Positions 51,160-64,000 of a stretch of 64,000 nt of DNA are shown one piece after another. The position numbers and the translations under genes are program-made. Positions within the stretch are counted from its first letter, which is position 1, and the number at the start of each line of letters is the position of its first letter. Under the pieces are notes generated by a model. It searched no databases and was not told the origin of the DNA. It was given only the letters and a program-made list of their open reading frames with translations. The stretch covers positions 4,372,485-4,436,484 of the forward strand of contig NC_134027.1 of assembly GCF_964204645.1 (NCBI RefSeq), given 5' to 3'. The DNA is from Tubulanus polymorphus (taxonomy: Eukaryota > Animalia > Nemertea).

Positions 51160-54100
51160 AATTATATATATATGCGATTTAAATATTTCGAGCAATAATA
51201 GATTAATAAAATTTTCAATAACTATATATATGGATATACTTTAGCTTAAGTAAAACAACTAAATACAAAAGCGGGAAAATAGATAATGATAGACCAAAAA
51301 ATGAATATTTCAAGCGTGTCTCGAATGCGGAATGCGTTTTCTATCTATATATATTTTGTTCAATTCTATCGCGTAACTGATGTATTTCATATGGAACGAT
51401 ATTTCAGAAAATATCACCATCCCGGCAGGAGTGTGGATCCATGGTGTTTGTTCCCCTAGGCTGTGTATTCCCTTACAACGGTGGCATGATAAAATAAAAT
51501 CGGCGGGAGATGTTTTCCTTGCAAGTTGTTATTATGAGATCAGATGTGCGCACGTTTAATGATGCCGTGTTTGATACAGTGAAAACTTGCGTAGGCGACA
51601 CTGTCTTTTCTGAATCAAACATCATTAATCATTTACTGGCAACATGTGAGGCACGACATTTAGTTTTTTAAGGCGTACAAACCTTTCTCATTATAATTTC
51701 AGAATCAAGGCGGCGGGTTTTTAAAACATTTTTGCTGTATTTGTTATCGAGTTTACAGAACAAGTATTGCGTTAATTGACATAAATGTATATGTAGCCTA
51801 AGGACAATGGATAGTGATTTGCAACAAAAATAAAGCGCTGGAAGGAGAACTTGAAAAAAGATTTGGCAATGGAAATATTTTGCATACAAATAATAGGCAT
51901 ATACATACATACTTTAAGGCGTGTGAAAAGAACTGTTTTGCCGAGTGGTTTTCAAAAGATTCAATTTCCAAATAGATAGTTCAGATTTTTATTGCATTTA
52001 GTCGTGAGGGTGACGATGATAATGAATACCATCGCATGTATCTATCGTGAGAAAATGCTTTTCTGATATTAACAATTGTTTCTAGGTATTTCAACTGCAG
52101 TATTAACTGTTTTAGGAAGTGCAGTAACAATGAGTTCAATGTGCTACGTACCCCGGTATAGTTCACGATTCCCGGACAAGACTCGTTAAAAATACTCGCG
52201 TATAAAAAAAAAACGCCGGAAATTGGGTATTTTTACGAGAATCGGTGACAGAATTGTGACATTAATTGGTTCGCTGATGAGTGACACAATAATAACAAAG
52301 CGCTCAGATACTCTGATCGTCATAACAAAAGAAACATTGAAAAAACTTTTTAGAATCCGATATTTTCTGTCAATAAAAATGTCGAGTATTTCACTGACCG
52401 GACACGGATTTTTGCCGCGCCATTCGGAGACAGATTAGTGCGACTGGGAACACAAGATGGACAGGTGGGATTATGTCTCAGCGACAATCTGCTTATTTTC
52501 AGGAGAACTGAAGACAATCGAGGTATAAATTTATCTGTCTGCGAGACGGAAAGGACCTTACATGGAAATAATGATGCAAAACATCGTGTGCATTGTCATC
52601 TTATACGTAGTATGGTAATCATTGGCCCTCGGGGACTCATCATCAAATTACATAACACAATAACAGCTTATCAATTAATATTCGAACAGCAGGTATTTGC
52701 AGCATGAATGCTCCCGGTATTTATTTGCTGCCTCGGAGTGATAAGTTTCATTTTGACATCATGAGTCTGATGATTAAAATGTACGTATTTGGATCTTGTA
52801 TTCTAAGCCTAAGTATGCGTGAGTTTTCTCAAATAATGGCGTTATTTCAAGTCTAAAATTGCTCTTCATTTACGAACAGGACACGGGAGTGCTGATGTAC
52901 GTATTTTCTGTGCGTGATCTGCGATGTAAAATGTTTGTTTAGAGCCGGGATGTCACTCATGTGAGGAGTTAATGAGTAATTACACCGAGTAGAGAGTCAA
53001 TTTATTAGATCTCCTGATGTTAACTTCCCATTTAGCATCGAGTTTTACAGTAGAACGCTATGACTCACAGGACACGAGCTGATGATCACTGCATTTAAAT
53101 AACTGGCTTAAACACCTCTCAAACTGTGGAGCTTTTTCCGAGTGATGCGACACGGGCGAAGCTTCCTCTGCGACTTAACAAAGCATCAATTACGAAGGCT
53201 TACGGCTTATGATCAAGGTTCGTTTATTTGTACGTAAAACACTCCACTGCCATTGATCTCTGAAAATCCGTCGTCGGTACTCGTCAGCGAGGCTATTAGA
53301 TCAACTGAAAATTGGCCAATCAGCTGCCTTGATTGCGATTTTCTGGGGCTCAGATGTATTTCGTTCCAGACATGATTAGCTGTTGTAAAAGGAAAGAAAA
53401 TCTAACGGTAAAAAGGGCTTTTCTGCGCTATCATCCAATCACCAACAAGACATGTGATTTGGAACATTCAAACTGTCCTGATTGGAACAGCATTTACTTG
53501 AATATATTATGTGTAAAGCAGTAGCAGTAAGACTTACTGAGATGGTGCATGTTTCTAAATTTCTTAAACCAATTCTGAAAAATTTGTGTTTCTTATTTCA
53601 CAAGGTCGGGTAGTCAAAGTTTCATCGTAGATTCTCCACTCCGCTGAAGGTATATATTTCGAGTGACTCTTGCCAAATTTGCTGATCTTGAAGATTTGGT
53701 CTATATATAAAAAATCGCTTGTGTCAGAAATGCTTGAATTGAATATCCTTTTACTGATAGTTTTCGTCGTATTACACGGTGACCGACCCATACGTCTTTA
53801 AAGCAGTCCGTTTCCAGTCTTTCCATTCAACGAACAAAACACGAGGACAAGCAAATTAGATTCATACATTTTATTCGTATATATATATAATTGGCAAAAT
53901 TTCAGTTGAGATTAATCTTCTTTCAACATTCAATAGCATTCTTTTTACAAATAAATATCTATAAGACCAGTTTACATATTTGATACAAATTATATACACA
54001 TTCAACTTGATTGGCACATTATATTCATCGGACACACACCACCCTCCCCATGATCTGCGAAGAAACCGCTTGATAACTTAGTAATTTAGATCAGATATGA

Positions 54101-55373
54101 ATATGCTAAGCACAGGTTATTAAAAAATATCATAATAGTAAGTTTTTTGAAAAAAATCTGCAAACGATGTACCTAAGTTCTACCGTCAATCGATAGGTGG
54201 CAGAAAGCGCAGAATTCAAATCTTGATTATGACTAGATGAAATCAAGAGTTATCTTATATATCCTGTTCGTAGCATTTCAACATCCCTTAATGAACACTC
54301 ACTAAATCTAAATAAATCTGAATTTAAAAAATCTGACAAAAGCAATTTTGCCGAATCAATGCCGATTGAATTTAGTGGTTTATCGAATTGTCAACAGATT
54401 TCGAAATAGAACATTTTGAAAAAAAACCTGTTATATGCAAGTGAACTCGTTCAATTCATCAATTTCTATTATTTGAGTTTCGGTGAACTAGTGAATCTAC
54501 GAGATTTTGGAGCTCAAAAATGAAGACGAATTTTACGACGCATGATTTGTAACTAAATTGGACAATGTGAAGTGATTGATTCAAAACTGAGTTTCAAATC
54601 CTAATCATGTAAGTGATTTACTTGAATTTCATCATAAACATCTGAATTTTCTTTATTTACACTTTTTACATGAAATGCACTGGGTTCGCCTCTACCGACC
54701 ATACGTGGAGTTTTTCTTGACTGTATTTTTTTGAATTAATAAGAAAGTCTTTGTGTAGTTTAGTGATTCAATACAGGATCCAAAGGCTGAATTCAGACGT
54801 TCAACTGGACTGAGTCACAATTCTTTGTTTTTCTTGAGATACACGGAGGGTGAAGAAACTACTGTGAGGGCTACCGGACTTTGTACGAACGACAACGATT
54901 ATTCCGGAAGTCTGATTTAGCAGCGCCCTCTATCAGATGAAGGACGTTTATGGCTGGATCAATGACCATCGCTACTCGTCCCGCTCGGACTTGGTTCTGC
55001 TAATTTCCTTCTCACCTGTAACGATAAAGAATAGAGAATATGTTAGGATTTTCGTTGTTTAGAGCCCGACATTAAAAACCCTTTGTGACTCAAAATTGAT
55101 ATGAATCTATAATAAAAGTTAACACCCAAAGCACCTACGCAAACATTGTACGTAAAAGGTTGGGAGCAGGAATCTAAGATGGTTTAATTGGTTTCATAAA
55201 TGGATATTGATCAAATGAGTTCTATCTATATCCAGAACGCAGAACTTGCATATCATAGCAGTTATTCGTCATTCATATAAGTGACATTTGTCTCGAACTC
55301 GAGTGGGTCATCCATCAAAATAGCACCGTCTCAAGAGCCGTATATGCCTCCCGGGGTCAACTCCCAGTTCACA
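51144..55373 (+). repeat. Direct duplication, copy 1 (at least 4230 bp)
   Basis: The sequence and all six ORF-track entries recur at a constant offset of 8627 bp. The right boundary is not visible because copy 2 runs off the window. Confidence 0.97.
53850..55015 (-). other. Probable terminal exon (short coding end + ~1.1 kb 3' UTR) of an unidentified gene, copy 1
   Basis: Acceptor CTCTATTCTTTATCGTTACAG ending at 55016; GC-richer segment reading VRRKLAEPSPSGTSSDGH* or xEKEISRTKSERDE*; AATAAA at 53870-53875 followed by GU-rich TTTGCTTGTCCTCGTGTTTTGTTCGTTG. Confidence 0.5.
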
Positions 55374-56859
55374 GGAAGCAATCTCACCTTTAAGTTAAAC
55401 GCGGAACAAAGCATTTCACCTTTTGGAATTTAATTTTTGACCAATGAAAAGGATATGTATCCAAGTGAGCGCATAAAACATGCTTAAGGTGTGACCTTTT
55501 TGCAAATTACACTTCATAAATCACCCGTTTAACCGACTTTCACCCACCCCTCAGTGTTTTCAAAAATGAATAATTTATGAAATTAATTTTTAGTCAAAGC
55601 TGTCGTCACTTGATGTAGAATTTCAATACGTCTTTGGGCGTGAAACTGTAAGTTTTAAGTTAAGTTTTATTGATGAAACTCAAATGACTGAAATTCCAAA
55701 TAGAGCTCCAAAAAATATGAAACCATTTTGAAAAACTGATTAATGATTTCATTTCAATCTGGTTTCTAAACATGCGGTTTTACGGTGTGAGTGTGAAATA
55801 AGATACTGATGATTGCAGAAAATAAATCAGCCAGGCGTCTCAGAACAATTAATAATAACATACATGCGAACCAAGAAACAAACGTTCCTTCAATATTTCA
55901 TGATTTTTTCTAAGACGAAACAAAGAACGCACGTTCGAAACCAGAAGGAAATAAATCTTCAAACAAAACTTTCAAATTAATCACTGATATTTCACTTTGT
56001 TAGGAAATTAGAGTGTTGTCAAAATTGGTTTTCGCTGGGGCCTTAGGAAACGGGAGGCCTTTCACTGGTCACAGGCGCAGTGTTTTATCTGTGGATAACA
56101 CACAAAGACCCCCTGCAGAGAGGGCGACTGGTATATGAGATGGTAGCAGTGGGTTTAATTCGGTGGCCAGAGCGCAGTTACTTCCTTCCAGGCTCACAGG
56201 AAATGATCGTCGCCACAACATGTAATTAGGAAAACCTTAGTTTTGGAAATCAAACTGTGGATGCAAGACCATAATTACACGGTATTGTTATTTCGAGGTT
56301 TAAACGAAAACTAAATTTTTGTAGTGTTGAGAGACGAAGATCCTAAAAACATCGCTCTGACATTCAAGCATTAAAGTTGTATTGAGTTAAGAGATGGAGG
56401 TAAGACGTCTGTGACACTCGCTGCTGCGTTCAGTCCCATCATTTATTATCATTTTTAGCTCAATTAGAATTCAATCGAAACACATTAAAATCTGCTTCAA
56501 ACAAAATACAAAGATTCAATGTCGGGTCACAGCGCACCGTTTTATGAATATCTGAACACAGCGCATCTATATCAATAGAAATTGTTCCGAACAAAAGAAA
56601 CCAGCTGTCTTCTTAAATGAACACAATAGCACCTTGTCATCTGATACGGAAAATATTTCAAAAGTTTCTTTTTCGGCTAACCGTAAAGACGCTGCGTTGA
56701 ACCGCAAGCACATTACCCCGACACAAACCGGGTTATAGCTAATCTCAGAGATGTCTCATCCTGCTCCACGAAATCATCAGCGTGTGAAAAATCCACGAGG
56801 ACTAAATTCCACACGCGTTCACCGGAGCACCAATATGCTGCGTATTGCCACTTAACAAT

Positions 56860-57170
56860 ATAAATCAGCAAATAATTACGAACGAATTTATCAACGATAA
56901 GAACTGGATGAAGCAGTTGACAAAATATTGGAGAGATGACATCGACAAATGGATGACCAGGTCAACTAATGATAAGGACAAGTTCAGCAAATACGATCCG
57001 GCAAAAGAACGAGTCCTATGAAATCTGTTCATCTTAAACACTGGGCACATAGGGCAGCTTCTTTAAGCCAGCAGAAAGAATTCATAGAACCACATAGGCT
57101 ACATTAAACCACCAAGATGTCCAAATTATCAACAACTCATAGAATTATGGACATTTTTGCCAACTGTTTT
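56860..57170 (+). mobile_element. Possible highly degraded non-LTR retrotransposon C-terminal remnant
   Basis: Stop-interrupted frame ...LFILNTGHIGQ...NHIGYIKPPRCP... loosely resembles the 'TGH...IG....P.C' lead-in to LINE ORF2 CCHC knuckles. Confidence 0.25.
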
Positions 57171-59770
57171 CAACCTGAAATCATTGACATGTAGAAGTGT
57201 GGCATATGGGACAAACACGAGGTTTGCGTGTACTGCGGTACTGATAATCCAAATCGGAATTCCACACCGCCTCGTCCACACGTGCCAGAGATGAATTTCC
57301 AAACTTTACCATTATTTCCGGCACAAGTATATGTTGATTTTACGACAACGCATGTCTTTAAAAGTCACTCGCCCTTTCAGACAGGAGATGACGAATTATG
57401 TAATGTATTCCACGGGGCAGCATGCACTCCATATGCCAACTTTATCTGCTGTAGAAAAGCTTTCATCCGCAAAATTATTGCACTATTACAGCGTAAATGA
57501 TTTATTGAATACAAAACATTATTTCAAACTTCCGCGTCTGATTTTCCAAATACAGCATCATTTTTTTGTACCCGTCCGTGAGTCATTTTAAAGCCTCTAA
57601 CAAATTGTGAACTATCATGCAACTTTTTTAAGACTAAGACAGTAAACGGATCGATCTAAAAATATGAGGGAATATTCTTTTCTAAAATCTAGGGACCAGA
57701 GAGATTGACACTCAGTAACCCTCTTATCGAACGGTAGTTGAATTGATGACAGATGGAAAATAAAGCTATAAATCTCAGCCAAACTTCGACAAGCAATCTA
57801 CGGAAAACACTTAGTTAAGCAGTAATGACTTGGTCGTTGTTGTCCATCTATGGCTCGACTGTGTCATTATTACTTTTTACATCAGTGAACGACCTGTTCA
57901 AGTATCACAAGAGGGCTCTATAAAACATTCATGTAGCCTCTTATTTACCAATCAAACTCAGTTAACGCGCGCTGATAACTGCCATAAACACGAGTTTAAC
58001 GACTAACTATTTCCCTCCAGTAAATGAGTGTTTTAAGAAGAGACAGTATGTCCAGGTTTCAGACGTCGCTGGCATTGTGCCGAGAAAGAATATGGAACTT
58101 TTCTACAAAATAACTTTCTCCCATGGTTAATCATAAGCCATTGTCTACATGACAATTCAATAGCCATGTATACCACCGATTCAAACAAGGAGAGATTCAA
58201 CTAGAAAAGAAATCGGATTGAACGAAAGATAATGATGACACTTCGGTAACAAAAGCACGGGACACGAATTACGCATTAGGACCATATTTGCTTTTTGAAA
58301 TCGTTTCAGCGAAGGTCACGTTTTTGCCGTGTTGCTATTCACACGCAATCTGGTTGATTCATTACAACCTCAATCTATGTTCGGGTTTATTGACTATGTA
58401 TCAACCCTCACCAACCATGCGATCGTCGTATATATCATAGCCCGATTTTAGCTGTCACGAAGACCACACCGGTGATTTATTTATGAAGACAGATGGTAAA
58501 AAGCGCCTTTGGAAAGAATTCCGATCGAACAGCGTATCAAATCATGCAGGGCTCTTGAATTCCGTACAACCACACCGTTAATTATAACAAGCAAAAAATC
58601 ATCGAACTATCGATTCTAATCCATTTTAGATTGTACAGTTTGGTCTATTGCGCTTCGATTCCCGCGTACACTATATCTGGAATAATTCAGATCTTAAAGG
58701 AAAGTTGTTTGGACGCAGTGCAAATTGCTAAAACCAAATAACTAAATTATTTCATCAAGCAGACAAGACTACAATGAGAATATTGTAGGAGAAAGTTTGA
58801 TGGGAAATCGCCCGAGAAAAGTGATAATCACATGTGACAACGTCTTTCCGTCGTCCCTTGTAATCAACGCAAGTCTTTCATCTTCGAAGACACCAAGTTA
58901 TTGTCAATACGGAACCCATCCGTTTCACCAGTGGCGATATTTACGTGAAAGTTTGCGGCTTTGTGGTCGTAATATCGGCGAATCTGATTATAATTCCACA
59001 TCAAACGAGCAAGAACAAGCTGTTATACGAGAAATCAAACGATTTCAGACAATAGTTAACAAGTTACGAGATTCACCCTGCGAGACACCGATTAACTCAA
59101 TATGGGACATTACGAAATTACGACGGCTCGGCCGAGTCACGATATATAACTAGAAACGCTATAGATTGAAGCAGTCGAGAGCTCACGAAGTGACGATTAC
59201 TGTTCCTAGCAACATTCAAGAAGAACTTCTAGAATAATGCGAGCACAACATTAAGCTACCAGTGCATATCTTTCCATCCGTCGCTACAATTACCAAAAGT
59301 CTAATGAAGTATAGAAATTAAAGAGCGTAACGTAGTTAAGACATGGCGCCGCCCAGGGCCGAACTTGGTTTCCATACGAGTATATGATTGAATTTATGCA
59401 AATAACTGTCTAATTCTCCAGAAGATGGGTATCGAAAATGTTGCACTTGTCGCGTTAAAGCTCAAGGGCACAGATAAAATCATGCGAACATAGATTGTAT
59501 CGTTGATTTTATAGCCGATGATGATCACGAGAAAACTGTAAACTAAAAACTATGAACTATGACACTTCGGAAACAGATTTTCCAGCGAGGTGCAAACAAA
59601 AGATGCTTCAATTAGATTTGTTTTCAAACTGAAGCCTTATACATTTCTGAGATCAAGTTTTCCATTGAATATTTCTATGTCTTCTTCGCTACTCTTAGAA
59701 ATCAAGCAGGAAGTATTTAAAAGGGCTTACATATGTTTTTAAATGATATTATATGTATATAAATATATAT

Positions 59771-62700
59771 ACTGAGCTAACCGGCCAATTATATATATAT
59801 GCGATTTAAATATTTCGAGCAATAATAGATTAATAAAATTTTCAATAACTATATATATGGATATACTTTAGCTTAAGTAAAACAACTAAATACAAAAGCG
59901 GGAAAATAGATAATGATAGACCAAAAAATGAATATTTCAAGCGTGTCTCGAATGCGGAATGCGTTTTCTATCTATATATATTTTGTTCAATTCTATCGCG
60001 TAACTGATGTATTTCATATGGAACGATATTTCAGAAAATATCACCATCCCGGCAGGAGTGTGGATCCATGGTGTTTGTTCCCCTAGGCTGTGTATTCCCT
60101 TACAACGGTGGCATGATAAAATAAAATCGGCGGGAGATGTTTTCCTTGCAAGTTGTTATTATGAGATCAGATGTGCGCACGTTTAATGATGCCGTGTTTG
60201 ATACAGTGAAAACTTGCGTAGGCGACACTGTCTTTTCTGAATCAAACATCATTAATCATTTACTGGCAACATGTGAGGCACGACATTTAGTTTTTTAAGG
60301 CGTACAAACCTTTCTCATTATAATTTCAGAATCAAGGCGGCGGGTTTTTAAAACATTTTTGCTGTATTTGTTATCGAGTTTACAGAACAAGTATTGCGTT
60401 AATTGACATAAATGTATATGTAGCCTAAGGACAATGGATAGTGATTTGCAACAAAAATAAAGCGCTGGAAGGAGAACTTGAAAAAAGATTTGGCAATGGA
60501 AATATTTTGCATACAAATAATAGGCATATACATACATACTTTAAGGCGTGTGAAAAGAACTGTTTTGCCGAGTGGTTTTCAAAAGATTCAATTTCCAAAT
60601 AGATAGTTCAGATTTTTATTGCATTTAGTCGTGAGGGTGACGATGATAATGAATACCATCGCATGTATCTATCGTGAGAAAATGCTTTTCTGATATTAAC
60701 AATTGTTTCTAGGTATTTCAACTGCAGTATTAACTGTTTTAGGAAGTGCAGTAACAATGAGTTCAATGTGCTACGTACCCCGGTATAGTTCACGATTCCC
60801 GGACAAGACTCGTTAAAAATACTCGCGTATAAAAAAAAAACGCCGGAAATTGGGTATTTTTACGAGAATCGGTGACAGAATTGTGACATTAATTGGTTCG
60901 CTGATGAGTGACACAATAATAACAAAGCGCTCAGATACTCTGATCGTCATAACAAAAGAAACATTGAAAAAACTTTTTAGAATCCGATATTTTCTGTCAA
61001 TAAAAATGTCGAGTATTTCACTGACCGGACACGGATTTTTGCCGCGCCATTCGGAGACAGATTAGTGCGACTGGGAACACAAGATGGACAGGTGGGATTA
61101 TGTCTCAGCGACAATCTGCTTATTTTCAGGAGAACTGAAGACAATCGAGGTATAAATTTATCTGTCTGCGAGACGGAAAGGACCTTACATGGAAATAATG
61201 ATGCAAAACATCGTGTGCATTGTCATCTTATACGTAGTATGGTAATCATTGGCCCTCGGGGACTCATCATCAAATTACATAACACAATAACAGCTTATCA
61301 ATTAATATTCGAACAGCAGGTATTTGCAGCATGAATGCTCCCGGTATTTATTTGCTGCCTCGGAGTGATAAGTTTCATTTTGACATCATGAGTCTGATGA
61401 TTAAAATGTACGTATTTGGATCTTGTATTCTAAGCCTAAGTATGCGTGAGTTTTCTCAAATAATGGCGTTATTTCAAGTCTAAAATTGCTCTTCATTTAC
61501 GAACAGGACACGGGAGTGCTGATGTACGTATTTTCTGTGCGTGATCTGCGATGTAAAATGTTTGTTTAGAGCCGGGATGTCACTCATGTGAGGAGTTAAT
61601 GAGTAATTACACCGAGTAGAGAGTCAATTTATTAGATCTCCTGATGTTAACTTCCCATTTAGCATCGAGTTTTACAGTAGAACGCTATGACTCACAGGAC
61701 ACGAGCTGATGATCACTGCATTTAAATAACTGGCTTAAACACCTCTCAAACTGTGGAGCTTTTTCCGAGTGATGCGACACGGGCGAAGCTTCCTCTGCGA
61801 CTTAACAAAGCATCAATTACGAAGGCTTACGGCTTATGATCAAGGTTCGTTTATTTGTACGTAAAACACTCCACTGCCATTGATCTCTGAAAATCCGTCG
61901 TCGGTACTCGTCAGCGAGGCTATTAGATCAACTGAAAATTGGCCAATCAGCTGCCTTGATTGCGATTTTCTGGGGCTCAGATGTATTTCGTTCCAGACAT
62001 GATTAGCTGTTGTAAAAGGAAAGAAAATCTAACGGTAAAAAGGGCTTTTCTGCGCTATCATCCAATCACCAACAAGACATGTGATTTGGAACATTCAAAC
62101 TGTCCTGATTGGAACAGCATTTACTTGAATATATTATGTGTAAAGCAGTAGCAGTAAGACTTACTGAGATGGTGCATGTTTCTAAATTTCTTAAACCAAT
62201 TCTGAAAAATTTGTGTTTCTTATTTCACAAGGTCGGGTAGTCAAAGTTTCATCGTAGATTCTCCACTCCGCTGAAGGTATATATTTCGAGTGACTCTTGC
62301 CAAATTTGCTGATCTTGAAGATTTGGTCTATATATAAAAAATCGCTTGTGTCAGAAATGCTTGAATTGAATATCCTTTTACTGATAGTTTTCGTCGTATT
62401 ACACGGTGACCGACCCATACGTCTTTAAAGCAGTCCGTTTCCAGTCTTTCCATTCAACGAACAAAACACGAGGACAAGCAAATTAGATTCATACATTTTA
62501 TTCGTATATATATATAATTGGCAAAATTTCAGTTGAGATTAATCTTCTTTCAACATTCAATAGCATTCTTTTTACAAATAAATATCTATAAGACCAGTTT
62601 ACATATTTGATACAAATTATATACACATTCAACTTGATTGGCACATTATATTCATCGGACACACACCACCCTCCCCATGATCTGCGAAGAAACCGCTTGA

Positions 62701-64000
62701 TAACTTAGTAATTTAGATCAGATATGAATATGCTAAGCACAGGTTATTAAAAAATATCATAATAGTAAGTTTTTTGAAAAAAATCTGCAAACGATGTACC
62801 TAAGTTCTACCGTCAATCGATAGGTGGCAGAAAGCGCAGAATTCAAATCTTGATTATGACTAGATGAAATCAAGAGTTATCTTATATATCCTGTTCGTAG
62901 CATTTCAACATCCCTTAATGAACACTCACTAAATCTAAATAAATCTGAATTTAAAAAATCTGACAAAAGCAATTTTGCCGAATCAATGCCGATTGAATTT
63001 AGTGGTTTATCGAATTGTCAACAGATTTCGAAATAGAACATTTTGAAAAAAAACCTGTTATATGCAAGTGAACTCGTTCAATTCATCAATTTCTATTATT
63101 TGAGTTTCGGTGAACTAGTGAATCTACGAGATTTTGGAGCTCAAAAATGAAGACGAATTTTACGACGCATGATTTGTAACTAAATTGGACAATGTGAAGT
63201 GATTGATTCAAAACTGAGTTTCAAATCCTAATCATGTAAGTGATTTACTTGAATTTCATCATAAACATCTGAATTTTCTTTATTTACACTTTTTACATGA
63301 AATGCACTGGGTTCGCCTCTACCGACCATACGTGGAGTTTTTCTTGACTGTATTTTTTTGAATTAATAAGAAAGTCTTTGTGTAGTTTAGTGATTCAATA
63401 CAGGATCCAAAGGCTGAATTCAGACGTTCAACTGGACTGAGTCACAATTCTTTGTTTTTCTTGAGATACACGGAGGGTGAAGAAACTACTGTGAGGGCTA
63501 CCGGACTTTGTACGAACGACAACGATTATTCCGGAAGTCTGATTTAGCAGCGCCCTCTATCAGATGAAGGACGTTTATGGCTGGATCAATGACCATCGCT
63601 ACTCGTCCCGCTCGGACTTGGTTCTGCTAATTTCCTTCTCACCTGTAACGATAAAGAATAGAGAATATGTTAGGATTTTCGTTGTTTAGAGCCCGACATT
63701 AAAAACCCTTTGTGACTCAAAATTGATATGAATCTATAATAAAAGTTAACACCCAAAGCACCTACGCAAACATTGTACGTAAAAGGTTGGGAGCAGGAAT
63801 CTAAGATGGTTTAATTGGTTTCATAAATGGATATTGATCAAATGAGTTCTATCTATATCCAGAACGCAGAACTTGCATATCATAGCAGTTATTCGTCATT
63901 CATATAAGTGACATTTGTCTCGAACTCGAGTGGGTCATCCATCAAAATAGCACCGTCTCAAGAGCCGTATATGCCTCCCGGGGTCAACTCCCAGTTCACA
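59771..64000 (+). repeat. Direct duplication, copy 2 (runs off the window); starts with tRNA-Ile nt 1-16 on the minus strand (59771-59786)
   Basis: ACTGAGCTAACCGGCCAATTATATATATATGCG... matches 51144 onward; the last bases ...CTCCCAGTTCACA match the sequence ending at 55373. Confidence 0.97.
62477..63642 (-). other. Probable terminal exon + 3' UTR of the unidentified gene, copy 2
   Basis: Same sequence as 53850-55015, shifted by 8627 bp. Confidence 0.5.

Noticed and set aside
51144-64000. The direct repeats as LTRs of a retrotransposon, with the tRNA stub as primer-binding site
   Set aside because: No TG...CA ends or gag/pol between the copies, and the stub is the tRNA 5' end, not a complement of its 3' end.

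Overview
This window is eukaryotic (animal, AT-rich, mostly ~70-150 bp GT-AG introns; it looks like a compact invertebrate, possibly lophotrochozoan, genome, but the species cannot be determined). Left to right: (1) the 5' part of an ESRP/fusilli splicing-regulator gene (- strand; 3 coding exons, very large introns, a U12-type donor after exon 3; the rest lies beyond the left edge); (2) an intergenic stretch with an RTE-like LINE tail and a Harbinger-like MITE; (3) COG7 (-) head-to-head with glutaminyl-tRNA synthetase QARS1 (+), whose 7.35 kb intron hosts an antisense, intronless class A GPCR with an in-frame uORF; (4) a C8orf82/UPF0598 homolog (-) head-to-head with katanin p80 KATNB1 (+); (5) two convergent tRNA-Ile(AAT) pairs with homologous spacers, one pair intact and one decaying; (6) an apparently identical direct duplication of at least 4.2 kb (offset 8627 bp) that starts inside a tRNA gene and carries the terminal exon and 3' UTR of an unidentified - strand gene. 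Gene identities come from remembered protein motifs, not database searches, and exon boundaries were read by eye.
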